Shown here: positions 27,452 through 38,569 of the stretch, piece after piece
Layout of the letters: every line of letters begins with the position of its first letter
Numbering within the stretch: position 1 is the first letter of the stretch
DNA from: Octopus vulgaris
Lineage: Eukaryota
Length of the DNA stretch: 64,000 nucleotides
Direction of reading: 5' to 3'
Assembly: GCA_951406725.2 (NCBI GenBank)
Contig: OX597826.1
Coordinates: 17,918,001 to 17,982,000 of the forward strand
Made by a program: the position numbers and the translations under genes
Notes under the pieces: model-generated
Databases searched by the model: none
The model's input: the letters and a program-made list of their open reading frames with translations, nothing else
What the model was told of the DNA's origin: nothing

Positions 27452-29779
27452 ATGAGAGAGAGGGAGAGATAAAGAAAGGGAAAGAGAGTAGAGTGTAGGA
27501 GTTTTATGACTCAAGTTAGAGGTGCAAGGGTGATGTGTCCATGAACCTGGTAACCCTTCAACCAACTGTAATCATATAGTATTTCTCCACCAACACCACC
27601 ACCACCGCCACCACTGCACTCCACGTTTCATCTCATTTCAATTCTTATATCCACAAGGAATAAGACAACCATTTTTGGCTCTCGAAAACAGTTCTTTCCT
27701 GATTATATGTATTTTACTATTCATTTCGTGTGGATAATGTTTTGATTACAGCCACAGTTGAATTTGCTCACAATTCAAAGTGTCTGGAAAGAAGCCATCA
27801 AGTAGAACTGAAAGAACACTGCTAAAAAAAAAAAAAAAATCACCAAAGTTTTGCACTGGAATACAAAAAGGTTCGATGCAAGAGAAAATTTAACCAAAAC
27901 ATTTTACATTTGCAAACATCTGCAATGGAACCAAACATGCTAAAAGAGAGAAAATTAAATCAAAAGCTCAAGAAGTTATTCTTATTTCTTTATTGCCCAC
28001 AAGGGGCTAAAGAAGGATAGACAAGGGGATTAAGTCGATTACATCGACCCCAATGTGTAATTGGTACTTAATTTATCGACCCCGAAAGGATGAAAGGCAA
28101 AGTCGACCTCAAGAAGTTATTCTGTTAACTCCTAGACCTTATTTTGTCATACATCTAATTTAATGCAATGTTTAAAATCGGACGGCCCTTTGGTGTATGG
28201 GTTGAGGATTGAACTCAGTGCATTGTGCACAATGGTAATTAAAAAAAGGCAAAAAAACAGAAGTGTGTATGACAATTTGCAGAAAAAGGAAAATTGAAAC
28301 TTAGAATGTAAAAACTTTTTTGGTTAGTAAACACTGGTTTTAAGGATTTACGAAGTGCTTCATTTTGCAGAACATAGAAATAACTGGTGAAGCTACCAGT
28401 TCCTATACAAAAAGTTTGCTTCTAATTATCCTGAACAGCTGACAACAATTTTGAGTATATGCCTTGTCCAAGGCAACAATGACTGCTAATGAGGGCTACA
28501 CACAAGAGAAACTACACAATGTTGATGAAAGTACACTTTTCTGGAAACTCGAGAATTATTATTTCTCGAGAAGAAAAGTCAACACCTGGATTTAAAGATT
28601 CCAAAAATTCATCTGATGTTTCTTCCAGGAAAAAATGTCTGCAGTCACCTTATTCACTACATCCTCAACCTTACCCAATCACCACATCCATCACCTGTAT
28701 ATACTTCCCTGTCTTCCCTCCAATGTATAGTTACCATCCCTCAGCACTTGCTCTTCATTCGTTGTATTCACTCCTCACCAATTCCCAATCTTTAACCATT
28801 CCTTACTCTCCCCATACATTCTTGCAAACTCAACTCACCCACACTTCCTGTTCAATTGTCCCTATTCACTTCCACTCACCCCATACCTCGAGGATCCACT
28901 CTGATACTTCAACTCAGCTATTTTCTTTTTCCCAACGTTTCCCTTAGATACTCCCACCCTCTCTTCTACGCGTGTAGCCATGTAGCTCCTCTACAGCAAG
29001 ATTCCTGGTCTGTTCTGGCTCTTTTCCATACTTTAAACTGCCATCCCCTACAATAAAACTCCGCCCCTCTCAACTGTAGCCCTATCAATCAGACGAAGGG
29101 AATCTTAGTCTTGCAGGCTTCAGGGCGATCTTCACAAACAAATCAGCTGGTACACTCCATACGATGACGTTAGGAATGAGATCTAGCAGTACGAACCCAT
29201 ACCAAAGTAGACATCTGAGCACACAATGCAGTCTTCGGACCTTTTAGATACTATCAAACCATTCAACCCATGCCAACATGTATGTACATGTTTGAGTGTT
29301 CGTGTGTATGAACTTGTCTGATAAAAATGGTTTACTTTATAGTTATTCCTATTTCTTTGTCTACACACACACACACATGGTATTGATATATACGAAGAAG
29401 GCCTAATAATCTCTTAGGTACAAAGCCACAGAGGCTAGTCGATTAAACCGACCTCAGTACTAGGCCGAAACTTTATTTTATTGGTACGAGAAGGATTTGA
29501 ATTCTTAATAATAGTGGAATGGAAGGTTTATGATACCTGTGGAGTATCTCCGGAGTATCTGCTTTTCCCATTATAATTATTTTTGTAGTTTCAAGGAGCT
29601 GGAACGGGTCACCAATTTGTAACGCCTGTGCGAAGCGAGGTGGTGAGACTGGCTCCTTAGAACATCACACGGTCGATACAATAACAATAACTAAATACGA
29701 GGAGTTTTGTGTTACTGCATTCTAATGCGACTATATATATATATATGTATGTATGTATGTGTGTGTGTGTGTGTGTATG

Positions 29780-29835
<56 letters not shown>

Positions 29836-29935
29836 GCTTATATAAGATACTTATTTTCTTAATTTAGGGCCGAAACTTTTTCGATAAGAATACCAGGTTG
29901 ATATAACATTAACCAGTTAGAGAGTTTGGAAGCCG

Positions 29936-29966
<31 letters not shown>

Positions 29967-30171
29967 CCGTTGATTATTGTTATCGTAATTATATTAAGTA
30001 ACTTCCACTGCATAAACACTGAAGAGATTTTAAGCTCCGAAATGAAATAATAACCACAACATGCGTATTATGTTAAATATATTGTATTGAAATTAAGAAT
30101 GAAGCTGGCGAAATGAATTCAGAATTAATGTTTATAACAATAAACGAGTAGATTTGACGGAAACTCACCAT
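2099..30171 (-). CDS. DNAI7: Dynein axonemal intermediate chain 7 (CASC1/CFAP94) orthologue, 5' portion; spliced CDS join(30169-30171, 23397-23511, 19644-19738, 12280-12384, 9860-10000, 6088-6171, 2099-2268), continuing off the left edge
   Basis: Seven exons with GT-AG boundaries and matching phases give [17 protein letters not shown]...[20 protein letters not shown]...[25 protein letters not shown]...LIEELNNF...[13 protein letters not shown]...[11 protein letters not shown]. This is collinear with recalled vertebrate CASC1 motifs (MGPKAKK, Lys/Glu coiled coil, W..YIQCDGSPDP...EMNTFISL, VWANLSKNPR). Confidence 0.92.
2620..4620 (-). mobile_element. Decayed CR1/Jockey-like LINE (RT and 3' region); similar relics near 40000-40560 and 60900-61210
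   Basis: Minus-strand frames show a KADDT (YADD-like) remnant near 3420 and an [14 protein letters not shown]-type LINE C-terminus, with many stops. Confidence 0.5.
6088..6171 (-). CDS. DNAI7: DNAI7 coding exon 6 ([28 protein letters not shown])
   Basis: Acceptor ttttctatttacag, donor AAT|GTTAGT, 84 nt, phase 0/0; fills the gap expected from homology (LIEKL...NIIQYQE). Confidence 0.88.
8801..9046. mobile_element. hAT (Charlie-like) MITE
   Basis: TIRs cagtgcttctcaacc / ggttgaaaaccactg; 8-bp TSD ctctacat / cactacat (1 mismatch). Confidence 0.8.
9860..10000 (-). CDS. DNAI7: DNAI7 coding exon 5 ([47 protein letters not shown])
   Basis: Acceptor ttgtttatag, donor GCA|GTAAGT, 141 nt; carries the hallmark CDG.PDP motif of the Casc1 N-terminal domain. 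Confidence 0.93.
11609..11663 (-). ncRNA. Type I hammerhead ribozyme motif, slightly degenerate
   Basis: Minus strand: gtatca-CTGACGA-agag...ctct-GAAA-tcg-GTC-cgatat. The core is intact; stem I has one mismatch next to the core. Confidence 0.62.
12280..12384 (-). CDS. DNAI7: DNAI7 coding exon 4 ([35 protein letters not shown])
   Basis: Acceptor ttttctcctaaag, donor AGG|GTGAGT, 105 nt, phase 0/0. Confidence 0.9.
12907..12992 (-). ncRNA. Type I hammerhead ribozyme motif (Penelope pLTR type)
   Basis: Minus strand: ctttc-CTGATGA-gaa...ttc-GAAA-catat-GTC-gaaag. Stem I ctttc/gaaag, palindromic stem III ACATATGT, extended stem II (ttattcc/ggaataa). Confidence 0.78.
13067..13929 (-). mobile_element. 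Tc1/mariner maT-type (DD37D) transposon, internally deleted
   Basis: ORF 13224..13760 contains [10 protein letters not shown]...[17 protein letters not shown] with 37 residues between the two Asp. Degenerate TIRs are flanked by TA. Confidence 0.85.
14008..15830 (-). mobile_element. RTE-clade LINE, 5'-truncated and decayed
   Basis: [24 protein letters not shown]...[23 protein letters not shown] and [10 protein letters not shown]...[13 protein letters not shown], followed by a 3' UTR and (ATG)n tail at 14008-14032. Confidence 0.9.
15846..16430 (-). mobile_element. RTE 3'-end fragment or RTE-mobilised short element; other copies near 20830-21100, 40718-41020 and 47680-47975
   Basis: Shares the ggttggcattaggaagggcatccagc...aacccatgc(t/c)agcatggaa...(gat)n 3' end with the RTEs at 14008 and 58150. 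Confidence 0.7.
16958..17383. repeat. Long near-perfect inverted repeat (hairpin), arms of about 205 bp
   Basis: 16958-17166 is the reverse complement of 17175-17383 (paired positions sum to 34341) with only about 3 non-Watson-Crick positions. The loop is about 8 nt. Confidence 0.97.
17437..18830 (-). mobile_element. Penelope-like element 3' part (RT thumb, GIY-YIG endonuclease, pLTR)
   Basis: [22 protein letters not shown] (RT C-terminus) and [41 protein letters not shown] (GIY-YIG). Confidence 0.9.
19644..19738 (-). CDS. DNAI7: DNAI7 coding exon 3 ([31 protein letters not shown])
   Basis: Acceptor catttttaatag, donor AGG|GTATGT, 95 nt; lies within ORF 19548..19799. Confidence 0.9.
21130..22990 (-). 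mobile_element. Decayed non-LTR retrotransposon (I/Jockey-like RT), interrupted by a SINE at about 21800-22130
   Basis: The minus strand near 22355-22404 encodes [17 protein letters not shown], the RT PQG motif. Confidence 0.65.
23397..23511 (-). CDS. DNAI7: DNAI7 coding exon 2 ([38 protein letters not shown])
   Basis: Acceptor tcttgacag; 115 nt; ends in phase 1 at G|GTTCAA, a weak donor, which matches the phase-1 start of the next exon. Confidence 0.8.
23699..24914 (-). mobile_element. Non-autonomous Helitron
   Basis: The minus strand starts A|TCTATTATATCAAAG at 24914 and ends with the GC hairpin cgggcaatgccggg followed by CTAG|T at 23699. No TSD; inserted between A and T. Confidence 0.72.
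25281..25694 (-). mobile_element. Full-length tRNA-derived octopus SINE (OR-type)
   Basis: tRNA-like head, internal (TA)/(TG) tract and gtaaaagag tail repeats; near-identical to the other copies. Confidence 0.88.
25697..25988 (-). mobile_element. Helitron 5' fragment
   Basis: The minus strand starts A|TCTATATATATAAAGATGAGAATGTGTGTCTG, the same type of 5' end as the 23699-24914 element. Confidence 0.5.
28150..28640 (+). mobile_element. Tigger/pogo transposase fragment
   Basis: Remnants [18 protein letters not shown] and [16 protein letters not shown] match the Tigger NVDETGLFWK...ISKEEK..PGFK..KDR signature. Confidence 0.75.
30169..30171 (-). CDS. DNAI7: DNAI7 coding exon 1 (ATG only)
   Basis: The minus strand reads ttccgcaaaATG|GTGAGT, a consensus donor directly after the start codon. 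It joins in phase 0 to GGT CCC AAG (GPK). Confidence 0.8.
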
Positions 30172-30214
30172 TTTGCGGAAAGTTAAGCTTGTTACTGTCT
30201 CTTAAGCTTGTTTG

Positions 30215-30228
30215 GTTACCTTGGAAAC
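30215..30228. promoter_or_regulatory. RFX X-box upstream of DNAI7
   Basis: GTTACCTTGGAAAC closely matches the imperfect palindromic X-box (GTTGCCATGGCAAC type). It lies 44 bp upstream of the ATG of a ciliary gene in a locally CpG-richer stretch. Confidence 0.7.
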
Positions 30229-30450
30229 GATACACAGGTGAGGTGAGCGAGGAGGTGACGAGAGGGAAAGAATTCGGTGGATGTGTGTGTAGATGCATGT
30301 AGTGTTAGTGCTGAGTGACTGAATTTAGCAGAATATATCGTTAATGCTTAGTTTAATGGTATCTTTGTTTTTAGAAAAGTTGAAATTAACTTTAGCATGA
30401 TCTAATGTCAGGAATACGAGTCTATACGCAGACCAAAAGTACCTGTTTTC

Positions 30451-30853
30451 GGTAATTTCCTATTTGACGTTCGTAAAAGCCTAGTGATCGAAAAAGTTTG
30501 TTCCAATTAAACATTTCATTATTGTAAGTTGTACATACTACGAACAGTGAATAAAATGGAAATGAAAATGTTAAACTTATTTTGAACAGAGTTTCGCCAA
30601 AGGCATATGTGAGAATTCTTCAACAATCCAAGTCGGGTACACCAAGCGATACAAATTGAATCCGACAAAGATCGATCGAGCCAGTGTCGTAATTGTATGC
30701 CTTTCATTGATTATCAGCTGATCTGTATGTATTTCGTTGGGATTTACAATAAAATGAGGAACAGCAGGGTGTTCATGAGACATGCTAATCGAGAGGAAAT
30801 AGAATTTAAATTAAAACAAATTCGATTTTAGGAACGTCGAATAGGAAATTGCT
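30451..30853. mobile_element. MITE, probably Mutator-like
   Basis: Roughly 25-bp TIR cores aatttcctatttgacgttcgtaaaa / ttttaggaacgtcgaataggaaatt (2 mismatches); degenerate 9-bp flanks cctgttttc / cctgttctg. Confidence 0.65.
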
Positions 30854-31589
30854 CCTGTTCTGTCTGCTCACTGGTGTGCAGTAATTTAATGGTTTAATAA
30901 TATGACTCATCTGAAGTTCTAATATCACCCCCAAATGGGATCATCTTCAATGTAAATATTGACAGAAAGGACCCCGCAAACAAATTACCTCAGATTTGTT
31001 AATTCTATTACAACAGACGTCATTGTATTTGTAGGAGCTATATAAATTTTATTGGAAAAGAATACCAAGTTTTACAAGAAGTTTGCCAATTAGAATCAGG
31101 GTACTCCTGTAAAAGCACAATTTATTCTCATTATAGGAATATACTTGATTCTTGATGGAATCTCTTTTCTTATAAATGCGCTCTTGACTCAAATAAAAAT
31201 CTAACACGAGTCAACGTTGGAACTTGTACGTCGCTGTTTATTTTTGGTTAGAACCACTATCGACTTAAGTCCAACCTTTTTTGATAGCTGTTTTACTTTT
31301 GTTAATGGAGACAATCATTGGGAATTCGGCTAAAAGATATATGATCAATAAACGTGAGCCTTGTTATTTAAAGAATGAACGCATGAGGCAAAGTAAGGAT
31401 TCAGCTAAGGATTCGTGTACAAAGAGTGAAGATAATTCCAACGTTTGGATGATTAATTTCTGATTTCCTCTCTTCTGAAACGTTAAAATTATCTTCTCAA
31501 GATCACTAGCTACTCTCATATGATGACCAAATAAAAAAAGAAGAAAAAGAAACACAATTTGAACACTTACACTTTGATCCGACATGACT

Positions 31590-32290
31590 CCTTCAAATTA
31601 CTTTTTCTCTACTGTTGACACACTGGTTCCAACATTTTTCTTCCAGTTTTACAGTGCAAACCAGGACATGTTCTCAAGAGACATGCTCTGTTTTCAGCAA
31701 TGTTTTTTTTTGTTTTTTTTTACTAATCACATCTTTCATTTGAATTAATTTGGTAACCTTTCAGGGTGGATTTCAACTTTGGATAGAAAGAAAAAAAGGA
31801 TGCTGGTAGTTAAATCTGGAAGGATAAGCCAGCTGCAGATTGAGAGTCAACTTGCGTTAAACCCAAAAAGTCATGGATAAGTCAATGTAAGTCAATGCGT
31901 TGTTGCAGTACAGCATCCAACTTTTGTTTGTCCTTGTCCCAGATGGCTTCCACTGCACTGCTTCTCTTAAACACCTCAGCGCATCCAAGTAAAACTCATT
32001 ATTGATTGTGTGACTGTATAGAACAAACTCATGTGATCAACATTAGCTTCATAGTTGAGTAACTTTGCCATACCTTTTTCGGCTGCACTGATGCGGATCC
32101 CACCCACAGGAACAACTGCCTATTGGTTTGACAGCATAGCCATGTACCTCCCTAGGCTTGCTAAAACATCAGATAAGTCTCCATAAAAGATCATTCAAAT
32201 TTGAAATATAATTTCATGCAAACCCACTGTTTTTCTGAGTACTTCATGGCTTTAACTTGCTACATATGATCAAACGGAGTTAATATGCAG
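31590..32290 (-). mobile_element. Decayed mariner transposase
   Basis: Minus-strand remnants HEFVLYSHTINNEFYLDALRCLREAV and PDL...PKLKSTLKG. Confidence 0.7.
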
Positions 32291-32854
32291 TCCCACTAGC
32301 ACAATGTCTAGATCAATAACTAACTGACATGGCTTGGTGTGGCTAATATTAGACTGGAGGTCAAGGCCATTCTTGTAGCACTACTGTTTCAAACAGGTTT
32401 TTTTGGATACACATTGCACATACATATAAGTATAGAAGCATAAATACAAACACAAACACACATACATATGTGCATATGTACATGCACAAACATACTTATA
32501 TGCATCAAAAGGATCAAGGGCCCTTCCCAAGCCATAGGTTCATAAGGTTGGTTCCCTGGATTCTGTGGAATACATATTCCCCCTGAACTGGACACTGGTC
32601 CACCACAGGATTACTCATTTTTGCCAGCTGAGTGAACTGGGGCAACATGAAATGAAGTGTTTCGCTCAAGAACACAACCCATCACCCAGTCCAGGGATTG
32701 AAACCACAATCTTACAATTATGAGTGCAACATCTTAACCTCTAAGCCATGTGCTTACACACACACACACACAAGTATGTACATACATGCATGCATGCATA
32801 CATAATACATACATACATACATACATACATACATACATACATACATACATACAG

Positions 32855-33180
32855 CTACTCATAATAAAAAGGAGTACTGGTGGAATGTTCCGGTGAAGAC
32901 CTCAATAAAATGTAAGCACAACAGACCTGATATGATTTGGGACAGAGAAGAGAAACTGTGCCCAGTTGTGGAAATTAGCTGCCCGGCAGATATTAACATA
33001 GAGCTGAAGATAAGTAAAAAAGAGAACACCTTTGCTGAACTACTGAGGAATCTGCACTTACTCTATCCAGATTACAAGCTCAGGTTTATACCTGTAATTA
33101 TTGGAGGCCCTGGGATATGTAACACACTACCTAAATATCAATCTTGAGAAATTAGGCTTCTCAAAACCAGAAAGGAGATT
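32855..33180 (+). mobile_element. R4/Dong-like non-LTR 3' fragment (restriction-like endonuclease)
   Basis: WWNVPVKTSIKCKHNRPDMIWDREEKLCPVVEISCP...K.NTFAEL...IPVIIG, a PD-(D/E)xK RLE domain. Confidence 0.78.
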
Positions 33181-34529
33181 ATTGGGGCACTGAGTTACTT
33201 AACTAGCTACCTCAGTACCAATTTGAAGAAGTTGGCCTTCCTGAAACCAAAAAGGATACAGCTAAATGGGAAATTGCTAATCATTAATTGAACCGTGAAA
33301 ATATATAACATTCTGCACGTATATGTACCAATACATAAAAGTTGTTCAGGTTAAATTTGAAGATCCTTTTTTTTTCTTTTTCAAGAAAAGCTTGATGTAT
33401 TGATGAACAGTCAATGGTTTTGGAAAGCGTAGTGATTAAAATTGTAGTTGAGAAAAAGTTAGCTGATGTGGTTGACTGGGAACCATCTGAATATTGGAAA
33501 AGAGTTACCTGTATCATGATGATTCATGCAAGGTATCAAAATGCAGCCACCATTTGTTCAGTGCTCTGTGAACACTGAAAAGGCTGTAAGACAAGGCATA
33601 GACAGATGCAATGGAGACTACATGGCCATAGCCAGCAGGAAGGGACACAGCAGATGTTCATCGAACAACTGATGAACAGGGCCTTAGACTCAATTCATAT
33701 GCCTGAGTGAGACGGTTGGAGACTGTTGTCAAATCTTGGATGGAAAAGGTTGCTGAACACTCACTGCTTACCCTGTATACTCAGTATTATATCAAGTAAA
33801 ACTACTCCCTGTATATCACAAGAATGTTGTATTTTATGATTTTTGTAAGCATGTTTGTCTTTGTTGTTTCCCATTTAGACCATTCTTCCAGAAGTAGAAC
33901 TTTATCTGGAACACTGAGAAACTCTGCTATTGGAAGGTTGTGGATTATTTTTCTTTACTGGAGAATGATGAGTGGAAAGAAGTTCTTATCATATTCCATG
34001 GTAGGCAAACAGGGTCACCGAACATGCAAAAAAGAATACAAGAGTTATAGAATGGAGTAGGGAAAATCCAGGCTACATATGTTTCATAGTTAGTGGAACC
34101 TTAGAAGTGGTAAACTCTAAGTGAGGTGTATGCCACCAGCTACTCTTCAGGCCAAGGATATCTTGATTAGGTTAAAGGCTATGTTGTCGCAAGGAGGTAC
34201 ATATTGATGCAAAGACAATTCAATCAGAATGTTAGATATATATATATATGTATATATAATTTATATTAAGATTTTTATATTTGTATTCTCATCTTATATG
34301 TATTGAATTATAATGTATATATGTATGTTATTAAGGTTCTCGTTTTTGTTAAATAAATAAGTCAACATTCTAATATCCTAAAGCTGATGAACCAACTAAA
34401 TTATTTCTCCATTTTCTTATTTGTATTACATATGTGTGTGTGTGTGTGTATATTATTTATTTAGAGGACACAATACATGTCTTTCATATCTCAAACATAT
34501 TCTTCAGGCACAAACCTATACTGAGACAA

Positions 34530-35470
34530 TGGTTTGGATATTTCCCATGGGTGTGGTGGTCACACTCTTGATAGATTTAGAAAGGAACTTATTTCTATCT
34601 TTAATCAATTAGGCCTTAAAATCACAGTAGCTATTAATCTATTTGATTATTTAGATGTTTCCCTAGATCTGAACTCCTCGTCATATAAACTTTTCCATAA
34701 GCTTAATGAGAAACTTGCAGATATACATAAACAGTCTTGTCACACTCCAGTAATATTTAAAAACCTGATAGCTAACATTAGTAATAAAGTGTCTAACCTC
34801 TTCCTCTAAAAACTTTTTCAAGAAAGCTGCTCTCTATTCTAACAATGCCATTGCCACTAGTGGCTTCAAAGATAAATTAATATATAATCCTTCTAATGGT
34901 AATCAAAATATTAATAATAGATTTAGTGTCATCAAAAATAAAGTTATGCATAACTCCTCTAGTATTAATCAGAATGATATTAAGAAAAATAATAAGCCAA
35001 GGAAAATGATTTGGTTCGTTGCTCTTTTTTCCCCTTAATATAAAAACTAACATTGCTAAAAGATTCTTGTCACTCCTAGACAAACACTTTCCAGCCATTC
35101 ACAGATACAGGAAAATATTTAATAGGTGTTCTGTGAAATTGTTATATAGCTGCTGCTCCCCTATGAAGAGTTTCATTACATGTGGTCAATACCAAGAGCC
35201 TAAATCCAGTTGCAACTGTCACAGTCCAGGATCCTGTCCATTTGACCAACGATGTATGATTAAATCCATCATATATGAGACAGATGTTACTAAAACTCTG
35301 AATAATAATACAACAGATAAAATCTATATTGGATTATGTGAAGGAGAATTTAAAAGTCGCTATGCCAATCACATATCTTCCTCCTGATATAAGGACAAAA
35401 GCAAAGCTACTAAGTTGGCTATCATACATATGAAGTTTGAAAGATAACGTAACACCACATGTGATTAAAT
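34530..35470 (+). mobile_element. Penelope-like element (Naiad-like architecture), decayed
   Basis: RT end (DYLDVSLDL, HKQSCHTP), IAKRFLSLLDKHFP...KIFNR..VKLLYSC, a CNC..CP...C linker and GIY-YIG (IIYE...IYIGLCEGEFKSRYANH). The clade name comes from recalled motifs. Confidence 0.82.
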
Positions 35471-35471
35471 G

Positions 35472-36432
35472 ATTTCCTTGGTCATATTGGCGATATGAGA
35501 ACGGGCGTTGTCATGCAGCAGAAGAACTCCATGCTGCCGATTAGCTCTTTTCTCTTGAATAGCCGTGTTGAGTCGTTCCATCTGTTGAACATAGAGTTCC
35601 GTGTTGACCGTTTGGTTCTGTTCAAGCAATTCGTAATGGATAATCTCTTCCCAGTCCCACCATACTCACAACATCATTTTACGTAGATGAAGATCTTGTT
35701 TCACGTACCGTGTCACTTGTTCACCGGGGCTAAGCCATTCCTTACATTCTTTATATTGATGTATAGGCACCATTTTTCGTTGCCAGTAACGATTCGGTAA
35801 AGAAATCGTTGCTTGTGTCCATGAGTTGAGCGGTGACGAGCACGCAAGCCAGCGGAAATTGTGGCTCGTTAATTTTTGTTGTTGTCACTTAAAGCATGCG
35901 GAACCCATGCTCCATACTTCTGAACCTTTCCCATCGAGTGAAGATGCTTCTGTATAGCAGTGTAGGAGCATTCCATTTTCTCTGCCAGTTGCCTTGTCGT
36001 TTGATGAGAATGTTCGGGCAAAAGTTGGTTTAATCGCTCTTCATCGAACTCAACTGGACGGCCAGAATGAGGTGCGTCTTTGAGGTCAAGATTTCCATTT
36101 TTGAACTTGGCATACAATTCACGAGCAGTTCTCTCAGCTATAGCACCCTCTCCATATACAGCACAAATGTCGCGAACAGCTTCTGTGGCCTTAGAACCTT
36201 GATTAAAAGCAAAAAGAAGGTGGTGTCGAAAATGCTCGTTTTTCTTAACTTGACATTCCATTTTAATGATCTGAAAATAAAACAAAAATTAACTAAAATT
36301 AACTAGAAAAAAAAAGATTAAAAAATAATTCAAAAATTGAATTCTCGAAAAAAAAATAGATTGCAAAATTTAAAACTGCAATAATTTCCAAAATTTAAAA
36401 AAAACTGCGTGAACTTAGTTGCCAACCCAATA
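35472..36432 (-). mobile_element. Mariner (Mos1/SETMAR-like) transposon, 3'-truncated
   Basis: HFRHHLLFAFNQG...YGEGAIAERTAR...SGRP...WVPHAL and LLHDNARSH; 5' TIR TA-ttgggttggcaactaagt ending at 36432. Confidence 0.9.
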
Positions 36433-38569
36433 CATATTTGCTCAGTCTGTTTGAAATGGTAGACAAGTCTCCATGAAACCGCAGCCTATCATCTTGAGAA
36501 TGGAAATGACTCATTATATAATGTTGTTCTAGCTCAGCTTAGTGCGAAACTCTGAGTATAGACAATCAGCTTTTTATATATTAAAGATATCCATCGCCTC
36601 TACGCAATGTAACGAATTCTATATCAAAATTTTTTATATTTCATCGAATATAATGTGCCACACACATACGCACGCACACGCGCGAACAAACAAACACGCA
36701 ACTACAGCTGTTTTATTTAAATTACGATATTAATACCCTGGCTCACTGCTTATTGAAAGCCAGACTTTATGTGATCAAGAAAGAAAACTCTTTAGGACTT
36801 TAGGAAAGTTACTTCCCTTACCTGAGTTTTCACAAGACGAACATGGCGCTAGGTTGGCATGTCTTAAATTCTTCTCTTATAAAACAATATTATAATACAA
36901 GAGGTAATATGATTTTTCTGAAAGCAAAATCTAGAATGTACCCACTTTCCGACAGAAAACTGATGTTCAAAAGGGCTTCTTAGTATGTTAGGGACCCAAT
37001 GAAAATGAAGAGTGACGGGAGGTGCTTTAGATATGTCTACCATTACCACAGTTGTGGGAGGGAGATCGATAAAGCTGACGTAATCGACTGATTTACACTA
37101 AAATTGCTGGTCTTGTACCGAAATTAGAAAGTATTATAACTGTATCTTTTATCTTTTTTTTATTTGTTGCAGTCATTAGAGCGCGGTCATGCTGGGGCAC
37201 TGCCTAAAAGAATTTTAGTCGAGTGAATCAATCCCAGTTCTTTCTTTTAAGCCTGGCACTTATTCTATCGGTCTATTTTGCTGAACTGCTAAGTTACAGG
37301 GATGTAAACACACCAACACCAACTGTCAAATAGTAGTGGGGATACCCCTCCCCCCACACACCATGTTGTTGGGAAGCAGACTTATCACCACGCAGCCATG
37401 CCAATGCTTACAGTTGACTTCTTTTATATTTTTATTGATATCTTGGTTACCTTAAAGGTAACTTTAATTGATCCCAGTATTTGAATGGTGTTTTATTTTA
37501 TTGACCCAGGAAAGATAGAAAATGAAGGGAACATCAGCAGGATAACTCAAAACAGGGAGACTTATTACTAAATACTGACAATAATTTGCTCTGTTGCTCC
37601 ACCTTACTAAAGGTGGGCCTCTGTACGAAAGGTGAAAAAAAAGAAGAAAGTCAGAGGTCTATTTGACTGATGTATTCGAGAGTGTCTATACTATTAAGAA
37701 AATATTGTAGATATGGAACTTTCAACAGAAATATCACAGAATACTGGTGAAGCGAGTTTAAATCAAATGTAAATTGACTTTGCTTCAGAATAAGTTCAAT
37801 TATATCTTTACTATAAGTCATCACACTGTTTTGACATTGTGATGACCTATAGTAGTAAAGATGGTAGTGTATATTAGTTGTAGTAGTGTATAGTAATGCA
37901 GTGCATATAGTTGTGATAGAGATGTACATTAGTACTGTATAATAACGTAGTATGTACTATGGTTGTGATGATGGTGTATGCTAGTCGTGTAACTAAGATC
38001 ATTACTCTCCACTCACTGCTTTTGTATGTCAACTACTATAGGTGCAAGCATGACTGTGTGGTAAGAAGCTGGCTTCCCAACCACATGGTTTCAGGTTCAG
38101 TCCCACTGCATGGCAACATGGGTAAGTGTTTTCTACTATAGCTTCAGGCTGACCAAAGTCTTGTGAGCGGATTTGGTAAAGTCTTGTGAGCGGATTTGGT
38201 GTGTGTATGTGTGCGTGTGTGTGTGTGTGTACATGTGTGTGTATGTTTGTTGGAGAATTTACATCCTCATAACTTAGTGGTTTGGCAAAGAGACCAATAG
38301 AATAAGTACTAGGCTTAAAGAAGCAGCAAAAGAATAAGTACCCAGGAGTCTCGATTCATTGCACTAAAAACATTCTCGAACGCAGTGTGCCCCAGCATGA
38401 AACAAGCAAAAGATGAAAGGTGGTGGTGGTAGATATTAGCCTTGGTAGTGTATGATACTGCAGTGTGTACTAATTGTGATGTGCTATATTAGATATAATG
38501 TTAATGCATGTTAGTTGTGTAGAGTAATATAGTGTGTGCAAGTTGAGATTGATGATGATGGTATGTAAT

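Noticed and set aside
30019-30042. CTGAAGA...CGAAA hammerhead-like spacing near the promoter
   Set aside because: There is no convincing stem I or III and no correctly placed NUH triplet.
31281-31463. 60-aa plus-strand ORF with an internal A|GTAAGG donor
   Set aside because: No homology recognised, and it lies between transposon relics; support is insufficient to call an exon.
35385-35387. In-frame TGA in the Naiad-like ORF as possible selenocysteine (some Naiad elements encode selenoproteins)
   Set aside because: The position corresponds to a basic-residue region rather than a Cys. The copy has other stops and frameshifts, and no SECIS is visible, so ordinary decay is more likely.
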